Source: Mayamaea pseudoterrestris (Eukaryota). From it: a stretch of 64,000 nucleotides of DNA. The DNA is taken from positions 2,542,001 to 2,606,000 of the forward strand of contig BROI01000002.1 of assembly GCA_027923505.1 (NCBI GenBank). The letters run 5' to 3'. The translations under genes were made by a program, and so were the position numbers. Under the pieces are notes generated by a model that did not search any database, was not told where the DNA came from, and worked only from the letters and a program-made list of their open reading frames with translations. Numbering within the stretch: the first letter of the stretch is position 1; every line of letters begins with the position of its first letter. Below are positions 57,867 to 64,000 of this stretch, one piece after another.

Positions 57867-58571
57867 TTATGCATACTTTGTGCGATCGTCCGTTCGCCGC
57901 AATGGCCGAATGACGGGCAGTGGCATGTCTGCAGCTTCGTCGTCGTCAGAGTAGCTATCACTCTCGTCATTGACATTCACTGCATTAGCATCATCAATAT
58001 TACAACTTCCACTATCTTCAAGGTTGGAATTGCTGCTTTTTCGCACGGGTAGCTTGGGAGCACTTTGTGTTTGATCGGCAGTGCCTTCCAGTAATGTATC
58101 GTGCTGCAAATCTGCCACCAATTTGTTTGCCGTAAAGATTTCGCCATTCTGAACAAACTGTCGACTTGTGCATTCGCTGGCTTTTGACGTGGCTCTTGGT
58201 TGCATAGATGGCGTATTCGTCCTGTCGTTGTCGATGGGTTGATTGGGTTTCGTCGTCCGTGACGCATTGTCTATAGTGCTCGTGCTGGTAGCCGTCGTCG
58301 AGATGGAGTCATGCGCGACTAGTGACTTGGAAACATGATTGTTATCGCTCTCCCCAGCGCATAATCGACAAGACACTTCCTCGAGCTCCTCCGTCCAGGT
58401 GCATGATGGCGGTAGGCCAAGATTGAGGCGCGCCTGTTTGACAATTTTGCTTGCCTCGCCGTATTTGAGACCGAACTTTGACATGATCATCTTCTCCGTC
58501 TTCATGATGCTATGAGCCGTAGTTGATAAAGGCAACGTGAAGTGCTTTACAGTTACTGTTTGTGCGAACAA
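57867..58571 (-). CDS. Hypothetical protein (small helical N-terminal domain plus low-complexity Ser/Thr/Asp tail)
   Basis: 234-aa ORF filling an intergenic gap; no family recognised. Confidence 0.45.
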   Translation of the reverse strand: MFAQTVTVKHFTLPLSTTAHSIMKTEKMIMSKFGLKYGEASKIVKQARLNLGLPPSCTWTEELEEVSCRLCAGESDNNHVSKSLVAHDSISTTATSTSTIDNASRTTKPNQPIDNDRTNTPSMQPRATSKASECTSRQFVQNGEIFTANKLVADLQHDTLLEGTADQTQSAPKLPVRKSSNSNLEDSGSCNIDDANAVNVNDESDSYSDDDEAADMPLPVIRPLRRTDDRTKYA

Positions 58572-58805
58572 GTGCGGTGTCTGTCAATTCATTGCTCGAT
58601 GTGAGGTCGTTGTCGCGTGTTTCTTGTGACCGCGCCGTCGCGGAACGATTCCTCTTAGTGCCGTTCCGACATTTAGTCGCGGTACGAGCTCCTGCTTGAA
58701 GCTTGACTCCCTCCAGTTCACAACGCCATGAAAATTTCTCCTGACGACGGACTTGGCTTCATTGCTGAGAAGGAACAATCTTACAGCGTATCCAAAGCCT
58801 CAAAC

Positions 58806-60844
58806 ATGACTATGATGCAACACAAAAGGATACTAACAATAATTCAACTGATTGCACTGGCTGGTGTCACGGAGGCCTTCCAACTTCATGCGCGAGGACG
58901 ACTGTCATCGAAAACAATCTTATACTCGCCCGCTGTCGTTAGTGCGCCTTTGCAATTCGATGCTCTCTTTGGGACAGGTATCTTCGCACGTCCTGCAACC
59001 AGTACCTCTGATGCGACGTCTCTATATGACGCGGCCAACAATACTGATTTCTCCTCACATTCGCCATCAACGCCTGAGCCCATCAACTCTCTCTCCTCCC
59101 GGTTGGCGCGACTCAAAGATCTCATGTGGGTGCGCGAATGTCGAGAAGATTTGACAGCCGCTGAGTTTGCGCTAACGGTAGAAAATGCTGACAATATACG
59201 CAAACGCAAGCGTGCCGTCGACTACGAGAAGCTATCCAATCAACTTTCGAAGCGTCTCTTTGATTTGGGTTGCACCTTTTCCTCGACTGGCGATGCAGGC
59301 GAAGAGGAGCCATTTTCATGCTCACTCGATGAGGGACTTGGAGCAGCCTCCATGGTATACAGTGCCGAACAAAGATCCGCACTCATGGATCAAATTATAA
59401 AGACGCGGCATTTGCTTTTGGAAAAAAGTCGTCAACAGCTAAACAAGGAAGAGTACGACGACGAGGGAGTCAGCTCTGAAGATTTTAGTTTCCGGCTACC
59501 AGAGATTCGCGTTGAAATCCCAAAGGAAGATTCAGTAGACCCTCTTTCGCCTGGACCGAAACTGTACGTCCGAGATGATGGGACCGTCGATTGGGACGGC
59601 GCGTTGCAGGATCGCGACGCTTTGACAAAGTTTGGAACGGCAGTCTGGGCTCGCATTAATGGTCGCGACCCCGAAAGTATTGCGAAGGATGAGGCTTCCG
59701 GTGGAGCAAGTTTGGAAGGTCATGGGCATGGAAAGTCTGTTACGGCAAAAATTGAAGAGACGGAAGAGATACAAGCAGCCAAGTCGAAGCTGGACGAGCT
59801 TGACAAGGAGTTAACTTATATGGAGCGACAACATGTCGATTTGTTAAATTCAGCGATTAGTGCAGGCCAGGCTGTCGCCAACGTCAATCTTGCTTCTCTG
59901 GCGCCTCCGCAACGTTACAAGATACGCAAATCTGCTGAAGCTTTGGTCAAGCAAAAGGAAATGATACAATGCTATACTCTCATTTATGAACTTGAGCGAA
60001 TCTACAGCTACTTGCTTGGAGAGCTGGGCAATCCTGGGTTGACGGGATATATTCCTCTACAAGATCGCTTGAACGTCGCTGAGTTCGGTTTGATGGAGTC
60101 TCAGGTTGAGAGCTTTCAGCGCCAAATTGATCAAGGCCTGACCGTCGACGCTGATGTACTAGCTGTCGTTATGGAGCAACTGACCGACTTTAAGCGCCGG
60201 CTGGGTATTGACTACTATGTGACAGGATTGTCTTTCGATGGCGAAGCCATTCGACGATTTATCGCAGATTTGTGGGAGCAGACCAAGCAGGTGTTTGCTT
60301 TCTATGGCAAAGGGTGTCGGTTGTTTTGGAATGACTGCTTATTTTGTCTTATATTGATGAACAGGGCAGCGCAGGGCTACACGCTAAAGCCCCGTGAGGT
60401 GCGGACTCTGCGGTAAGTGATGTTAGTGGCAAAAGGTGATGCACGCTGCGCCCTAGGCCACCATCGTCTCACAATTATCGCGCCATTTACAGTCGGACGT
60501 TCAAGGATGTTATTACATTCATTCCCTTTGTCATCATATTGATTATACCACTTTCACCGGTTGGTCACGTGCTCGTCTTTGGTGCGATTCAACGATTCTT
60601 TCCCGAATTCTTTCCGAGTTGCTTTACAGAGCAGCGGCAAAATTTGCTACAACTTTACGAAACAGCAGAATATTCAGAATTTTCCATCAACGAAAACTGG
60701 AAGGAAAAGCTTGCACGAGCATCCGAGGCGTTTCTCTTCATGGCTGGAAGTGCCTCCAAGGCTGTATGGGCCGGACTTGTCGGCTTTACGCAAAGAAAAC
60801 CGCAAAGCAAGGCCGATGAAGAGTCGAAACCAAGCGGTCAATAA
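58806..60844 (+). CDS. Plastid LETM1-like protein, intron 60413-60492
   Basis: Signal peptide ending TEA-F, coiled coils, and C-terminal TLKPREVRTLR|RTFKDVITFIPFVIILIIPLSPVGH..FFPSCF. Confidence 0.75.
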
Positions 60845-61552
60845 GATAGCAGGTTTGGACTGTACAGTTAGACTACTGTATACGTTAAACTCCTTAATAT
60901 GAACCATTGACTGATGTTCCATCGTACTTAAAGCGGGTCATCATACCGGCAGAGTTTTACCATTTGCTGTTCGACGATGCAGACTGTCCGCAGCTCTTAG
61001 AGGCGGTATACTACTGTAATAGAAAGGGGGATGGTGCATAGATATATATCTTCTGTTCCAATGTCTCCCTCAATGCCATCCGAGTTTTATGTTCCGTGCG
61101 ACCATGAAAGCAATTCACCCTGCTTCAATTGTTCGCAGACTCGGACGCTCGTGCACATCATTGCAATTGCCCGTTTGGTTTCCATTTAGCAACTCCAACA
61201 TGAGGAATGTCACAGCTATTGATTGCGCCACAGAAGGCCCAACAAGAGTTGACAAATCCTTATCGACACACCTAATAGACACGTCTCACGCCATTATTCT
61301 TCGGTTGGAAACGCTTGGGACGCCGTTCTTTCCAGTGAGGCTTAAGTTGTTGGGTCATTTGACATTGACATTGCAGCTATACCTCCGCTTCTTCGCATAT
61401 GCGCAGCACTTGCGATGTTTCGCCGACGGCCACCTCACAATTCACAAACACAAGCAACGGCACGCATTACATTTGCTTCGCTCGTTGCAATACCTTATAT
61501 CCATACTGCATACTAGAAGTATACTTTGCTATTTACTTATAAATCCTGCACA

Positions 61553-62391
61553 ATGACGGACACTGCCGTGGACGACGATGACAGCAAGATCTTCCCGCAG
61601 CGGTTGATGGAAATTCTTACCGATGAACGAAACGCCGATTCCATTTGCTGGTTGCCAAATGGCAGGAGATTCATCGTGAGAAGCCGACCGCTCTTTCAGG
61701 CCCAAATCATGCCTCGATATTTTTCGCGGAAAGCCAAGTTTTCAAGTTTTACGCGCAAGCTTAATCGATGGTGAGTGACCTTGATTCGTTCAAGCTTTCG
61801 ATTTATGTGCAAAGTGCAAAGAATCTCATTTTGCTTTCCCTCCGGCTTCTCAGGAACTTTGTTCGCGTTTCGTCAGGGCCCGAAGCAGGCGCCTATCAAC
61901 ATGAACATTTCCTTCGCGACCAGCCACACCTTGTGACTCAAATGTTTTGCAAAAATGCTCGCAGCAAGATGGCCATGGCTGAGCCTATTTGCGAAACCAT
62001 GTGCATGGATTACTCATCTGGTGCTGTTCAATCGTCGGAACACACAGCAGCTGTGGAACCGAACCAGCAGCACAATCAACAACAGCTTTTAGCACTTGGC
62101 ATACCGTTGTCCTTGTTGGAGACTCTCGTCAAGCCAGATCCACAACAGCAGCGTCGCTCACCAGCTCAACCCGGTGGCCTAATGCTTCAACAGTCGCAGT
62201 ATGCCAACTTGCTTCTGGAACGACAGATTCAGATTCTGCAGGAAGAGCAAGTCAAGCATATGCTGCACCTCGTTGGCCGCAAACCAGCCGCCCCGATGAG
62301 CCAAGACTTGCTTCGCCTACAGCACAATATGCAAAGCAATGCACAGCGTCACAAACAGTCGCCTACGAATCATCGCGCCAGTGCTGCATAA
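61553..62391 (+). CDS. Heat-shock factor (HSF) DNA-binding domain transcription factor, intron 61771-61853
   Basis: FPQRLMEIL..ICWLPNGRRF..FSSFTRKLNRW|NFVRV..YQHEHFLRD, plus a Gln-rich tail. Confidence 0.92.
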
Positions 62392-62575
62392 TAACAAAAT
62401 GTTAGGTATCTTACTTTCATTGTACTTGTAGCTGTCTCGACTATGTGCAACAAACACACACTTCAGCAATTGGGTATCGAGAGATAGCTGTCATCCGTCG
62501 CGCCGGCAGTCGTGACGTGGGCTTCGACGAATCTCCGATCCGTTTTTTCTTCCTCACAAATCAATCGCGTGGACC

Positions 62576-64000
62576 ATGGCCCGTCTCTTGCGTTCCATCG
62601 GCTGTTGGTTGGCCCTATGGCTGCTGCCATGCCAACATGCTTTTGCCCCAGCCAGAATAATCAGTTGTAAAGGGAGTAGAAATCAGCTGCAGCCTTTTCC
62701 AGCGCTTGGATCAGCGCGACAAGAAAGCAGCGCGAAGGAACGACGAATCTCGCCACCGTCGAGCACTCCATCACCGAATTCTATGTTCGCCAATAGTACA
62801 TTGGGAGTCTTTGCTGCTTCAGAAAGAACCGCCAATGCAGTTTCAATTGTCCCCAAAGGTCTTTCCGGCAGTACAGTTCAGGCTGGGGCCAGCGATGCGT
62901 CAAAGAAAAACACTATGTTTGTCCTTCTCTGGCTAATTGCTTGCCTCTCGGCACTCGATCGCGTCGCCATGTCGGTTGCAATATTGCCCATGTCAATGGA
63001 GCTCGGATGGACAGATACCACCAAGGGAGCGATTAGTAGTCTGTTCAGTGTCGGATATGGTCTCTGCATCATACCGGCAGGTCTCGTCGTGTCAACGAGC
63101 GGACGTCCAATTGTCATTTTGGCCACTGGTGTTTTAATATGGAGCATTGCAACCATGGCGACACCTGCAGCAGCCACCGCGACTGGTACTATGCTAGCCT
63201 TGCTGGCGGCTCGGGCTGCTGTCGGAGCTGGCGAGTCGGTTATAATTCCGTCACTGCAGACGCTTCTTATCCACTGGACAACTTCACAGGAGAAGTCACG
63301 CGCACTGGCAGCGGTGTACTCGGGCTTCCACGTGGGGACAATTTCCGCCTATATTATCAGTCCTCTGATCATGGCTCAAGTTGGATGGAAAGGCCTTTTT
63401 GAAGTTTATGGAGCGATGGGACTTGTCGTTTTGATTCCGTGGTTTATGTATGCGCAGGACAAACCCTTGGCGGGATTTGTTAGTAAACCTGTATTAACAA
63501 GGCAGCCAGCACTTCTGAAACAACCTTTGTTTGAACAGATCTCGACCACTATTCAAGAAGTGCCGTGGAAGGAGTTTTTGCAGTCGCCTGGCGCATGGGC
63601 CATGCTACTCGCTCACTCGGCCAAGAATTGGGGTTTGTACAACTCACTAGCCTGGACGCCCACCTTCTTTGCGGAAAGCTACCATCTGGATGCCCATGAT
63701 TCAGCGCTTTTTTCAGTGTTACCAAGTATACTTGGTGCTGTCGGCGGTGTCGCGGCTGGAACGGCAGCAGATTATTTTCTTGGTCGCGCGTCGACCGATG
63801 AAATTTGCCTGGCCGCACGTCGGACCAATCTGCGTAAAATCTTTCAAGCGATTGCCTTTTTAGGACCAGCTCTTGCTCTGGGTGCTCTCGCATGCAACAT
63901 TCCAGAGGAACCGGGGCTTGCGCAGGCTTTCCTCATGGTGTCGGTGGGCCTACAGGCAGGCAATGTGGCTGGCTTTGAAGCTGGAACGCAGGAAAAAGCG
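62576..64000 (+). CDS. Plastid-targeted MFS anion/phosphate transporter (SLC17/PHT4-like), runs off the window end
   Basis: Hand translation gives MARLLRSIGCWLALWLLPCQHA-FAP..., then LSALDRVAMSVAILPM..KGAISSLFSVGY and ARAAVGAGESV. Confidence 0.85.
   Translation, partial: MARLLRSIGCWLALWLLPCQHAFAPARIISCKGSRNQLQPFPALGSARQESSAKERRISPPSSTPSPNSMFANSTLGVFAASERTANAVSIVPKGLSGSTVQAGASDASKKNTMFVLLWLIACLSALDRVAMSVAILPMSMELGWTDTTKGAISSLFSVGYGLCIIPAGLVVSTSGRPIVILATGVLIWSIATMATPAAATATGTMLALLAARAAVGAGESVIIPSLQTLLIHWTTSQEKSRALAAVYSGFHVGTISAYIISPLIMAQVGWKGLFEVYGAMGLVVLIPWFMYAQDKPLAGFVSKPVLTRQPALLKQPLFEQISTTIQEVPWKEFLQSPGAWAMLLAHSAKNWGLYNSLAWTPTFFAESYHLDAHDSALFSVLPSILGAVGGVAAGTAADYFLGRASTDEICLAARRTNLRKIFQAIAFLGPALALGALACNIPEEPGLAQAFLMVSVGLQAGNVAGFEAGTQEKA

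Noticed and set aside
61089..61556. 155-aa ORF upstream of the HSF gene
   Set aside because: No recognisable domain; likely promoter or 5' UTR.

Overview
Eukaryotic, gene-dense nuclear DNA, most likely from a diatom. Evidence: short GT-AG introns of about 65-130 nt, several bipartite plastid presequences with an ASAFAP-type cleavage motif, and a Ty1/copia element. About 27 protein genes are supported, including RNA Pol III largest subunit, JMJD6, SMC1, an M16A peptidase, a COG1/Vps51-like protein, exportin-7, a mitochondrial carrier, a TRP-like channel, RPS11, PDE12/CCR4-like, an EngB GTPase, DHDH-like, LETM1-like, an HSF, and a plastid PHT4/SLC17 transporter that the ORF track misses. The main accessory feature is a ~9.6-kb tandem copia array (LTR-internal-LTR-internal, truncated; 45823-55404) inside the MutY adenine glycosylase gene, whose catalytic middle is missing. 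The element has no TGG-type primer-binding site; a palindrome and nested hairpin sit there instead. Other signals are a palindromic TACCGGTA motif seen only in intergenic DNA, a CpG-depleted repeat relic at ~40.2-40.7 kb, a putative Tat/lumen-targeted insulysin, and stop-free 3n introns next to catalytic motifs. All coordinates and counts were read by eye and no database searches were run.
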